A DNA stretch of 64,000 nt. It comes from Spirochaetia bacterium. GTDB lineage: Bacteria > Spirochaetota > Spirochaetia > SZUA-6 > Bin103. A model generated the notes under the pieces. The model was not told the DNA's origin. It saw nothing but the letters and a program-made list of their open reading frames with translations, and did no database searches. The stretch's first letter is position 1, and each line of letters starts with the position of its first letter. Made by a program: the position numbers and the translations under genes. Shown one piece after another: positions 28,922 through 37,831 of this stretch. Location of the stretch: NCBI GenBank assembly GCA_965203055.1, contig OZ241863.1, positions 512,001-576,000 on the forward strand, given 5' to 3'.

Positions 28922-30075
28922 GCGATGGCCGCATGAGCGCGCCTGCTGCCACCGCGCCCGCCGCGCCCGCGGGCGCGCCCGCCCAGCGGCTGCTGGTCGC
29001 GTCCCAGTGGCAACTCATCCGCTGGCGCTTCGTCAAGCACCGCCTGGCGGTGGCGGCGCTGGTGGTGCTGGCGCTGTTCTATCTGGCCGGCATCTTCGCC
29101 GAGTTCGTGGCGCCCTACGACCCCTACAAGTTCGTCGACGAGCTGACCCTGGCGCCGCCGCAGCGCATCCACTTCCGCGACGCCGAGGGGCGCTTCCACC
29201 TGCGCCCGTTCGTGCACCCCCAGGTCAAGTCGCTGGACGAAGTGACCTGGGCGACGATCTACACCGAGAACACCGCGCTGCGCCATCCGCTGCATCTGTT
29301 CGTGCGCGGCGACCCCTACCGGCTGTGGGGGCTGTTCGAGAGCGACCTCCACCTGTTCGGCGTCCGCGATCCCGAAGCCCGCTTCTCGCTGCTCGGCCAT
29401 GACACGGTGGGCCGCGACCTGTTCACGCGCATCGTCTACGGCGCGCGCATCTCGCTGACCATCGGCCTGTTGGGCATTGCGGTGAGCTTCTTCCTCGGCA
29501 CCCTCATCGGCGGGCTGTCGGGCTACCTGGGCGGGCGCGTGGACATGGCGATTCAGCGCATCATCGAGTCGTTGCGCGCCATCCCGACGCTGCCGCTGTG
29601 GATGAGCCTGAGCGTGGCGCTGCCGCCCAACTGGCCGGTCACCAAGACCTACTTCGCGATCGTGGTCATCCTCTCGATCGTCGGCTGGACCAGCATCGCG
29701 CGGGTGGTGCGCGGGCGCTTCCTGGCGGTGCGCGAGGAGGACTTCGTGGGGGCGGCGGTGCTGGACGGCGCCGGCAACGTGCGCATCATCTTTCGCTATC
29801 TCTTGCCGTCGTTCATGAGCTACATCATTGCCCGGCTCACCCTGGCGATACCGCAAATGATCCTGGGCGAGACCGCGCTGAGCTTCATCGGCCTGGGGAT
29901 GCAGGCGCCGGCGATCAGTTGGGGAGTGCTGCTCAAGGAGGCGCAGGCGATTCGCGTGCTCGCCGAGTCGCCCTGGATCCTGCTGCCGGCGGCGTTCGTG
30001 GTGGTGAGCATCCTGGCCTTCAACTTCGTCGGCGACGGGGTGCGCGACGCCGCCGACCCCTACACCCGCGTGTGA
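28918..30075 (+). CDS. Peptide-type ABC permease (DppC/OppC-like)
   Basis: LGHDTVGRDLFTRIVYGARISL, ETALSFIGLG, FNFVGDGVRDAADP. Confidence 0.9.
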   Translation: MSDGRMSAPAATAPAAPAGAPAQRLLVASQWQLIRWRFVKHRLAVAALVVLALFYLAGIFAEFVAPYDPYKFVDELTLAPPQRIHFRDAEGRFHLRPFVHPQVKSLDEVTWATIYTENTALRHPLHLFVRGDPYRLWGLFESDLHLFGVRDPEARFSLLGHDTVGRDLFTRIVYGARISLTIGLLGIAVSFFLGTLIGGLSGYLGGRVDMAIQRIIESLRAIPTLPLWMSLSVALPPNWPVTKTYFAIVVILSIVGWTSIARVVRGRFLAVREEDFVGAAVLDGAGNVRIIFRYLLPSFMSYIIARLTLAIPQMILGETALSFIGLGMQAPAISWGVLLKEAQAIRVLAESPWILLPAAFVVVSILAFNFVGDGVRDAADPYTRV

Positions 30076-30079
30076 GGGC

Positions 30080-31030
30080 CTAGAAGCCGGCGCGTTTGTC
30101 GGTAACGTTCCGCAGCGGTTGACCGGCGAGGTAGCGCTCCAACTGCTCCAGCGCGAACCGGAAGGTCTCCGCCTGGCGCCGTTGCGAAAACCCGGCGCGG
30201 TGCGGCGTCACTACCAGGTTGGGCGTGGTCCACAGCGGGCTGTCGTCCGCCACCGGCTCCGTCTCGCACACGTCGAGGCCGGCCCCGGCGATGGTTCCGG
30301 CGCGCAGGGCGGCCATCAGCGCCGGCTCGTCGATGATGCCGCCGCGGCTGACGTTCACCAGGTAGGCGGTGGGCTTCATCCGCTCCAGTTCCGCGGCGCT
30401 GATCAGGTGATACGTCTCCGGCAGCAGCGGACAGGTCACCGCGACCGCGTCCGCGCGCGCCAGAAACGCATGCAGGTTGGCGCGCGTCGGCGGCAGCAAC
30501 TCGGCGACTCCGGGCGGCGCCGGGTCCGCGCTGCGCACCGGGTCGAGCGCCAGCACCGTCATGTCGTAGCCGGCGGCGCGCCGCAGGGTCTGCAGGCCGA
30601 ATCCCCCCAGCCCGATGATCAGCAGCGTGCCGCCGGTCAGCGAGGTCACCTCGTACCGCTCCCAGCGGCGGTCGACCGCGGCGCGCACCACCCCGCGGCT
30701 CAGCGCCAGCAGCAGCGCCCAGGCGTGCTCGCCGCCCTGCACCGCGTACTTGCCGGCCATGTTGGTGAGCGTGAACGGCAGCTCCGCCACCGCGGGCGTC
30801 AGCAGCGTGTCCAGGCCGGCGCTGAAGGAGTGCGCCCACTTCAGGTTGCGCGCCGCCAGCAGCAGCTCGGGGGTGAGGGCGCCCAGCGCCACTTCCACCT
30901 CCGGCGCCAGCGCCAGCGCCGCGGCCGCGTCGGGCGCGTATGCCACCTCGTGGCCGCCGCCGCGGCGCGCCGCGGCTTCCAGCTCGGCGCGCTGCTCGGG
31001 CGTGAACGAAAAGCTGACCAGAATCTTCAT
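30080..31030 (-). CDS. D-2-hydroxyacid dehydrogenase
   Basis: IIGLGGFG, PLLPET, VNVSRG, GAGLDV, TPHRAG; start MKILVSF. Confidence 0.9.
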   Translation of the reverse strand: MKILVSFSFTPEQRAELEAAARRGGGHEVAYAPDAAAALALAPEVEVALGALTPELLLAARNLKWAHSFSAGLDTLLTPAVAELPFTLTNMAGKYAVQGGEHAWALLLALSRGVVRAAVDRRWERYEVTSLTGGTLLIIGLGGFGLQTLRRAAGYDMTVLALDPVRSADPAPPGVAELLPPTRANLHAFLARADAVAVTCPLLPETYHLISAAELERMKPTAYLVNVSRGGIIDEPALMAALRAGTIAGAGLDVCETEPVADDSPLWTTPNLVVTPHRAGFSQRRQAETFRFALEQLERYLAGQPLRNVTDKRAGF

Positions 31031-31980
31031 GCCGACCTCCCGGCGCCGGCGGGCGCCTGAATCTCTTCCGGAGGGGGGAACCCATGCTGGTTGCGGTGCG
31101 GCGCGCTGTCGAAGTGCTGGGTGGACTTGTACCACTCAAGGCGCCCGTCCGCGGCCACCGGGCGCACGCGGCGCAGCAGCGCGTCCTGCTCGCTGCGGCT
31201 CATGGGGACGAAGTCACGCGCCGCGGCGCTGTTATGATCCACGATCTCCACCGAGGTCATGCCGGACACCAGCGTCGACACCGGCTGCGACAGAGCGAAC
31301 CGCAGGCACTCGGCCGGCGTCAGCCCCGCCGCGGTGAGGAACTGCGCGCGCCCGCCGAGCGCCTTCATGCCGATGACGCCGATGCCGCGCCGCTGCGCCT
31401 CCGGCAGCACGCTGCGGATGAAGCTCTTGTAGTGCGGGTCCATCACCGTGACCGGCATCTGCACCGCGGACCAGGGGAACTCGTGACCGAGCATGGCCAG
31501 CAGATAGGCCGGATCCTTGTGGCCGGTGCAGCCGACGTAGCGGACCTTGCCGGCGGCCAGCGCCTGGCGGGCCGCTTCAGCCGCGCCGTCCGCGGCGAAC
31601 ACCAGTTCGTCGTCGGTGGCGTAGTTGATCTCGTGGAACTGCCACAGGTCGATCACCTCGGTGCGCAGCCGGCGCAGGCTGTCCTCCAGGTTGGCGAGCG
31701 CGCCGCCGCGGTCGCGCGCGCATACCTTGGTCATCAGGAACACTTCGGAGCGGCGGCCCTCCAGCGCCTCCCCCATGAGCTCTTCCGAACGGCCGTCGTT
31801 GTACTCCCAGGCGTTGTCCATGAAGGTCACGCCGCGGTCGATGGCGCGGCGAATGACGCGCACCACTTCGCGGTCGGAATTGCCGGCGCCGGGGCTGGCT
31901 ACGTGAGCGCCTCCCATGCCGAGAATGGATACTTGTTCCCCGGTGGAGCCCAGAGGCCGTTGCGGAAGCGCGTCACTCAT
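31027..31980 (-). CDS. Aldo/keto reductase
   Basis: LGMGG, MDNAWEY..GRSE, SLRRLRTEVIDLWQFH. Confidence 0.9.
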   Translation of the reverse strand: MSDALPQRPLGSTGEQVSILGMGGAHVASPGAGNSDREVVRVIRRAIDRGVTFMDNAWEYNDGRSEELMGEALEGRRSEVFLMTKVCARDRGGALANLEDSLRRLRTEVIDLWQFHEINYATDDELVFAADGAAEAARQALAAGKVRYVGCTGHKDPAYLLAMLGHEFPWSAVQMPVTVMDPHYKSFIRSVLPEAQRRGIGVIGMKALGGRAQFLTAAGLTPAECLRFALSQPVSTLVSGMTSVEIVDHNSAAARDFVPMSRSEQDALLRRVRPVAADGRLEWYKSTQHFDSAPHRNQHGFPPPEEIQAPAGAGRSA

Positions 31981-32049
31981 ACCGCCCGGACCCTACACCA
32001 CCGGGCCGCGCCGGCGCCAGTGGGCGGGCGCCGGGGGCGGGCGCCGGCA

Positions 32050-32298
32050 TCAGCTTCCTTGGGTCTTCAGCTCGGCGGCGTGCTCGCCGATGAAGGCGCG
32101 GATGTCGTCGGCCACGTCGAGCAGCCGTTCCCACTGCTCCTTGTAGAGCGTGACCGGGAACCGGCCGAGCCCGTACACCGACACCGCGCCCTTGGCGCTC
32201 ACCCTGAGGGTCAGCGGCTTGGACTCGCGCGCCTTCAGGGCGGCGTTCTCCGCCCTGAGCCGCGCCAGTTCCGCCTGCATATCCTTGTCGTCACCCAT
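32050..32298 (-). CDS. Small hypothetical protein (82 aa)
   Basis: AAGGAG SD; coiled-coil N-terminus then KGAVSVYGLGRFPVTLYKEQW. Confidence 0.8.
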   Translation of the reverse strand: MGDDKDMQAELARLRAENAALKARESKPLTLRVSAKGAVSVYGLGRFPVTLYKEQWERLLDVADDIRAFIGEHAAELKTQGS

Positions 32299-32351
32299 GC
32301 TCGAACTCTCCTTCGCAGTAGTAGTTGTCGTGCAGGGCGCGCCGCCGCGCC

Positions 32352-33491
32352 CTACGCCCCGCCTTCGCCGGCGCCGGCGGCGCGCGCCTTCATGGCGCGC
32401 ATCTCGGGGTTCAGCGGCACGGCGCGGCCGGGATGGCGGCGCGCCGCGTCGTGCAGCCAGCGCCCCTGGTTGTCGCGCGGCACCGGCAGGCGGGCGGCCA
32501 TGGGCGGCGGCTCCGCCGCGGCCGCCGGCTCCGCGGCGTACCAGTACGCCGTCGAAGCCATCTCGTTGGCCAAGTGGTTGCCGTGGCCGTGCTCGATCGT
32601 CACCTTGATCTCCCGCCGGAAGCGCACCGGGTTCTCCAGGTGCAGCACGTAGCTGGTCTGGTAGCCGCCGGTGTGGTGCTCGTAGATCGACGAGCCGTTG
32701 CGCAGGAAGGCGTTGTCCTGCATGCCCCAGGCGTGGTTCAGGTAATCCTCGCTGCCGGTGCCGTGCAGGTCGGGCGGCCAGCGGTAGCCGTCCACCCAGA
32801 TCATGTCGTCGCCCTCGCCCCACCAGGTGCCCTGGAAGTTGGTCACCGACAGGTTGCAGCCCAGATAGTGCCCGCGCCCGCGCGTCTCCAGGATCACGTA
32901 GTTGTTGTCCCACGCTTCGCGCCCCCGGTTGACGATGTTGGCCTCCGGGGCGTTGACGCGGATCTCCGGTCCCCAACCGCCGAACGGGTTGGCGCGGCGA
33001 AACTCGGCGTGCAGGTAGCCCGCCTCCGCGCGCGCCGCCGGCAGCCGCTCGTAGTCGAGGTAGAAGTACTGCATGTGTTCTTCGGCGCTCTCGTTGACCA
33101 GCTCCACCAGCGCCCGCCGCCGAAACGGCATCGGCAGGTAGCTGTTCAGCGCGCACCCCTCGTTGAAGCGGTTGTTGGACCTGGTGGAGGCGCTGAACAA
33201 CGCCGACTGGTAGCTGTTGACGATGCCGTGGCCCAGGCCGAAGAAGTCGCCGAGCGGGACCAGCACGCTGGGCGCGGGGGCGTCGTCCCAGGTGATGCGC
33301 AGCAGGCACTCGCGGAAGTGGTTGCGCTGGGTGAACCAGAGATGGGTGATGACGCCGGGGCCTTCCAGGTCGGCGAGCACCCGCGTTTCGCCGGGCGCCA
33401 GCAGCCAGCGGTCCCGGTTGCGCCCGCTGGTGTCCCAGGAGGAGACCCGCCCGGTGCGGCCGTCGGTGATGGTGGCAAGGTGATCGTACAT
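32352..33491 (-). CDS. DUF2961 / glycoside hydrolase family 172-like protein
   Basis: GPGVITHLWFT, PLGDFFG, WWGEGDD, GTGSEDY, IEHGH. Confidence 0.85.
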   Translation of the reverse strand: MYDHLATITDGRTGRVSSWDTSGRNRDRWLLAPGETRVLADLEGPGVITHLWFTQRNHFRECLLRITWDDAPAPSVLVPLGDFFGLGHGIVNSYQSALFSASTRSNNRFNEGCALNSYLPMPFRRRALVELVNESAEEHMQYFYLDYERLPAARAEAGYLHAEFRRANPFGGWGPEIRVNAPEANIVNRGREAWDNNYVILETRGRGHYLGCNLSVTNFQGTWWGEGDDMIWVDGYRWPPDLHGTGSEDYLNHAWGMQDNAFLRNGSSIYEHHTGGYQTSYVLHLENPVRFRREIKVTIEHGHGNHLANEMASTAYWYAAEPAAAAEPPPMAARLPVPRDNQGRWLHDAARRHPGRAVPLNPEMRAMKARAAGAGEGGA

Positions 33492-33529
33492 GCGGCGCTA
33501 CTGTACGGCGCGCGGCGCGCGCTCCGCAA

Positions 33530-34357
33530 TCAGCCCATGTAGGAGCCGCCGGCCACGGTCAGCGCGATGCCGGTCAGGTACCCCGCCTCCCGCGACGCCA
33601 GGAACGCCGCCGCCTTGGCGATGTCGGCCGGGTCGGCCAGCCGTCCGAGCGGGATGTCGGCCATCGCCTGCGCGGTGAAGTCGCGTACCGCCGCTGCCGG
33701 CTCCAGGTCGGGGAACGCCGCCTTGGCCAGCGGCGGCAGGCGCTCGGTGGCTACCAGGCCGGGGCACACGGCGTTCACGGTGACCCCCGCCGGACCGAGC
33801 TCCGCGGCCAGCGCCTGGGTGAAGCCGATGACCGCGAACTTCGAGGCGTTGTAAGCGGAGTAGCGGGCGCTGCCGCGCTTGCCCGCCACCGACGACACGT
33901 TGATGATGCGTCCGCCGCCGCCCCGTTCCAGCATGTGCCGGGCCGCGGCGCGCGAGCACAGGAAGGTGCCGCGGATGTTGACCCGCTGCACCGCGTCCCA
34001 CAGATCCACTTCCAGTTCCGCCACCGGCACCCGGTCGCCGCCCACCAGGGTGCCGGCGTTATTCACCAGAATGTCGACGCGGCCCATGGCGGCCAGCGCG
34101 TCGGCCATCATGCGCTCCACCTGCCGCGCATCCCCAACGGCCGCCACCACGCTGGCCGCGCGGCGCCCCAGCGCTTCGACCTCGGCCACCACCGCGGGCA
34201 GACCGCCCCACTCGGCGTCGGCGTAGGGCCGGTCGGCGAAGTCGTTGACCACCACGTCGGCGCCCTCCTGCGCCAAGCGCAGGGCGATGGCGCGGCCAAT
34301 GCCGCGCTCCCCCCCGGCCCCGGTAACCAGCGCCACCTGCCCGCTCAAGTCATACAT
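33530..34357 (-). CDS. Short-chain dehydrogenase/reductase
   Basis: TGAG..GIG, NNAG, YNASK. Confidence 0.92.
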   Translation of the reverse strand: MYDLSGQVALVTGAGGERGIGRAIALRLAQEGADVVVNDFADRPYADAEWGGLPAVVAEVEALGRRAASVVAAVGDARQVERMMADALAAMGRVDILVNNAGTLVGGDRVPVAELEVDLWDAVQRVNIRGTFLCSRAAARHMLERGGGGRIINVSSVAGKRGSARYSAYNASKFAVIGFTQALAAELGPAGVTVNAVCPGLVATERLPPLAKAAFPDLEPAAAVRDFTAQAMADIPLGRLADPADIAKAAAFLASREAGYLTGIALTVAGGSYMG

Positions 34358-34450
34358 GTGCTATCCTCCCCGGCGTCCATCGTTGTGCCCTGCCACGCTA
34401 CCGGCGCCGATAACCGTGGTCAACCGCCGTCCTTGAGGAAAGAGGAAATC

Positions 34451-37400
34451 TTGCCGCGAATCCTGGACAACCTGAGCTCCGACGCCACGTTGCTGGCGGC
34501 CCTCGGCAGCACGCTGGGCTTGTCCGAGCGGGCCGACTTCTGCGTAGGCTACTTCAATTTGCGCGGGTGGAAGCACGTCGATCGATACGTGGACCGGTGG
34601 ACGGAGGAGGGCCAGCGGGCGCGCATCCTCATCGGCATGCAGCGACTCCCGCACGATCAGTTGCGCGATGCTCTCAGCCCGCTTGACGAACCACGCGTCG
34701 ACAACCGCACCGCGCTCCTGCTGAAGCAGCAGCTCGCCGAGCAGTTACGCGACCAACTGGTCCTTGGCATGCCGACCAACGCCGACGAAGCGGCCCTGCG
34801 GCGGCTGGCCCGGCAACTACGGGCGGGCAAGGTAGTGGTCAAGCTCTTTCTGAGGCATCCGCTCCACGCCAAACTGTACCTCTGCTTCCGCGACGATCCG
34901 GTCTGCCCGATCGTGGGGTATCTCGGCAGCAGCAATCTCACGTTCTCGGGGTTGTCAGGCCAGGGCGAGTTGAACGTCGACGTGCTCGACCAGGATGCGT
35001 GCGGCAAGCTGAGCCAGTGGTTCGAGGACCGCTGGAACGACCGCTACTGCACCGACGTCACGCAGGAATTGATCTCGATCATCGAGGAGAGTTGGGCGCG
35101 GCGCGAGCTGATTCCGCCCTATCACGTCTATCTCAAGATGGCGTATCACCTCTCTCATGAAGCCCGCGCCGGCTTGGCCGAGTTCAGGATTCCAAGAGAC
35201 TTCGGCGATCGGCTGTTCGAGTTCCAGACGGCGGCGGTCAAGATTGCCGCGCACCATCTGAACAAGCGCGGCGGCGTGCTCATCGGGGACGTAGTGGGAT
35301 TGGGCAAGACCCTGATGGCCACCGCCGTCGCCCGCATCTTCGAGGACGACTACGGTCTCGAAACGCTGATCCTGTGCCCGAAGAACTTGGTGCGCATGTG
35401 GGAGCACTACGCGCACGAGTACCGACTGCGCGCGCGGGTGCTGTCGCACAGCATGGTCATCGCCGAGCTGCCTGATCTGCGCCGCTACCGGTTGGTGGTC
35501 ATCGATGAGAGTCACAACCTCCGCAACCGCGAAGGCCGGCGCTACCGGGCCATCCGGGAGTACCTTCACGGCAACGACAGCAAGGTGATTCTGCTGTCCG
35601 CCACACCCTATAACAAGACCTACGTCGATCTTTCCAATCAACTGCGCCTGTTCGTCGATGATGAAGAGGATCTTGGCATCCGGCCGGAGCGGTTGCTGCG
35701 CCAGCTGGGGGACGTGGAGTTCAGCCGGCGGTTCCAGGCGTCGCCCCGCTCGCTGGCGGCGTTCGATCGCAGCCCGCATGCCGACGATTGGTGCGACCTG
35801 ATGCGGCGCTACCTGGTGCGCCGGACCCGCCGTTTCATTCAGGACAACTACGCGCAGACCGACCCGGACAGCGGCCGCAAGTTCCTGATCTACGAAGATG
35901 GCAGCCGGTCATACTTCCCCGCGCGGACGCCCAAGACCATCAAGTTCACCATCGACGAGTCAGACCCGAACGATCAGTACGCGCGCCTCTACGCGCCGGG
36001 CGTCGTTACCACGATCAATTCGCTGCATCTCCCTCGCTACGGATTGGCGAACTATCTTTCCGACTCCCCGGATACGCCGCCCACACCCGCCGAGGAACGA
36101 CATGTCAAGGACCTCTCGCGCGCCGGCAAGCGACTGATGGGATTCTGCAGAACCAACCTCTTCAAGCGCCTCGAGAGCAGCGGAGCGGCGTTCCTGCAGT
36201 CGGTGGAGCGTCACGTGCTGCGCAACTACGTATTCCTCCACGCGCTGCGATCCGGACTGCCGCTGCCGATAGGAACGCAGGATGCCGCGCTGCTCGACCC
36301 GCGTTTCACCGACGCGGATGCCGACGCCGGGCAGGCTGCGTTCGCGGACCCCGACGGCGAACAGGAGCAGGCCCACACCGCGGAACGCTTCGAGCAGCGC
36401 GCCGCCGAGGTCTACGCCCGATACCACGCCGATTATCGGGGGCGGTTCCGCTGGCTGCCGTCGTACCTCTTCGCCGTCGATTCCCTGCAACGGCAACTCG
36501 AGGCGGACTCCGCGGCGCTGCTCGGCATCCTCCGGGCGCACGGGACCTGGAACGCGGTATACGACGCCAAGCTGCGCGCCCTCCATACCCTGCTGACCGA
36601 GACGTTTCCGGACCGAAAAGTGCTGGTCTTCTCGCAGTTCGCGGATACCGTGCGCTACCTCGAAGCGCAGCTCGGACGCATGCGCGTGGACGCCATGGCC
36701 GGCGTGACCGGCGACGCGGATGATCCGACGGAGTTCGCGGGGCGGTTCAGCCCGGTGAGCAACGGGAGTCCGCTCGAAGACGCGCCGGGGCAGGAACTCC
36801 GGGTCCTGATCGCGACCGACGTGTTGAGCGAAGGGCAGAACCTGCAGGACTGCTCCATCGTCGTGAACTACGACTTGCCGTGGGCGATTATCCGACTCAT
36901 TCAACGCGCCGGCCGTGTCGACCGCATCGGTCAGAATGCGCAGGAGATACTGTGCCATTCCTTTCTGCCCGCCGAGGGCGTCGAGCGCATCATCACGCTG
37001 CGCAAGCGAGTGCGGGAGCGGCTCAAGGAGAACGCCGAAGTGGTGGGCGCCGACGAAGCGTTCTTCGAGGACGAGGCCGATCACCGGACCATTCTGAACC
37101 TGTACCACGAGCGTGCCGGAATCCTGGACGGCGACGCCGACGGCGAGGTCGATCTCGCTTCCCACGCCTTGCAGATATGGAAGAACGCCATCGACCGCGA
37201 TCCCGGCCTGGAGCACACGGTCGCCGCCCTCCCAGACGTGGTGTTCTCGTCGCGCGCGCACGAGCCGACCGAATCGCGGCCTGAAGGAGTCCTGCTGTTC
37301 ATGCGCACCCAGGACGGTAACGACGCGCTCGCCTACGTCGGAGGAGACAGCGCCAGCATCACCGAATCGCCGTTGGAGATCCTCTCCGCCGCCCAGTGCC

Positions 37401-37831
37401 TGCCGGACACGCCGGCGCAGCCTCGCCACGAGCGTCATCACCAACTCGTCGCCGCGGGCGTGAAGCACGTCGCCGCCGAGGAGAAGCGGGTAGGCGGCCA
37501 GTTGGGGCGGCCCACCGGCGCGCGATTTCGCACCTATACTCGGCTCAAGGCGTACGCCGACTCGGTCAAAGGGCAGTTGTTCGACGTCCCCGAACTGCAC
37601 CGCGCGCTTGATGACATCTATCGCTATCCGCTGCGGCAATCGGCGGCCGATGCCCTGAACCGGCAGTTGCGCAGTGGTATCGACGACGCCGCGCTGGCGG
37701 AATTGGTGATTGCGTTTCGCGACGACGACCGCCTGTGCCTGACCGGGGAGGATGATGCCGAGACCCGCGAGCCGCGTATCATCTGCTCGCTGGGGCTGCA
37801 CCGCGCCGCACCGCAAGCGCCGGCCGACTGA
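34451..37831 (+). CDS. Phospholipase D-like nuclease fused to an SNF2-family helicase
   Basis: TTG start MPRILDN with GAGG SD; HAKLY...GSSNLT; GDVVGLGKT, DESH, SATP, SEGQNLQ, QRAGRVDRIGQ. Confidence 0.88.
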   Translation: MPRILDNLSSDATLLAALGSTLGLSERADFCVGYFNLRGWKHVDRYVDRWTEEGQRARILIGMQRLPHDQLRDALSPLDEPRVDNRTALLLKQQLAEQLRDQLVLGMPTNADEAALRRLARQLRAGKVVVKLFLRHPLHAKLYLCFRDDPVCPIVGYLGSSNLTFSGLSGQGELNVDVLDQDACGKLSQWFEDRWNDRYCTDVTQELISIIEESWARRELIPPYHVYLKMAYHLSHEARAGLAEFRIPRDFGDRLFEFQTAAVKIAAHHLNKRGGVLIGDVVGLGKTLMATAVARIFEDDYGLETLILCPKNLVRMWEHYAHEYRLRARVLSHSMVIAELPDLRRYRLVVIDESHNLRNREGRRYRAIREYLHGNDSKVILLSATPYNKTYVDLSNQLRLFVDDEEDLGIRPERLLRQLGDVEFSRRFQASPRSLAAFDRSPHADDWCDLMRRYLVRRTRRFIQDNYAQTDPDSGRKFLIYEDGSRSYFPARTPKTIKFTIDESDPNDQYARLYAPGVVTTINSLHLPRYGLANYLSDSPDTPPTPAEERHVKDLSRAGKRLMGFCRTNLFKRLESSGAAFLQSVERHVLRNYVFLHALRSGLPLPIGTQDAALLDPRFTDADADAGQAAFADPDGEQEQAHTAERFEQRAAEVYARYHADYRGRFRWLPSYLFAVDSLQRQLEADSAALLGILRAHGTWNAVYDAKLRALHTLLTETFPDRKVLVFSQFADTVRYLEAQLGRMRVDAMAGVTGDADDPTEFAGRFSPVSNGSPLEDAPGQELRVLIATDVLSEGQNLQDCSIVVNYDLPWAIIRLIQRAGRVDRIGQNAQEILCHSFLPAEGVERIITLRKRVRERLKENAEVVGADEAFFEDEADHRTILNLYHERAGILDGDADGEVDLASHALQIWKNAIDRDPGLEHTVAALPDVVFSSRAHEPTESRPEGVLLFMRTQDGNDALAYVGGDSASITESPLEILSAAQCLPDTPAQPRHERHHQLVAAGVKHVAAEEKRVGGQLGRPTGARFRTYTRLKAYADSVKGQLFDVPELHRALDDIYRYPLRQSAADALNRQLRSGIDDAALAELVIAFRDDDRLCLTGEDDAETREPRIICSLGLHRAAPQAPAD

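Noticed and set aside
33935..34450. N-terminal extension of the 1298-aa helicase ORF
   Set aside because: It overlaps the SDR gene on the opposite strand; the SD-supported start is TTG 34451.
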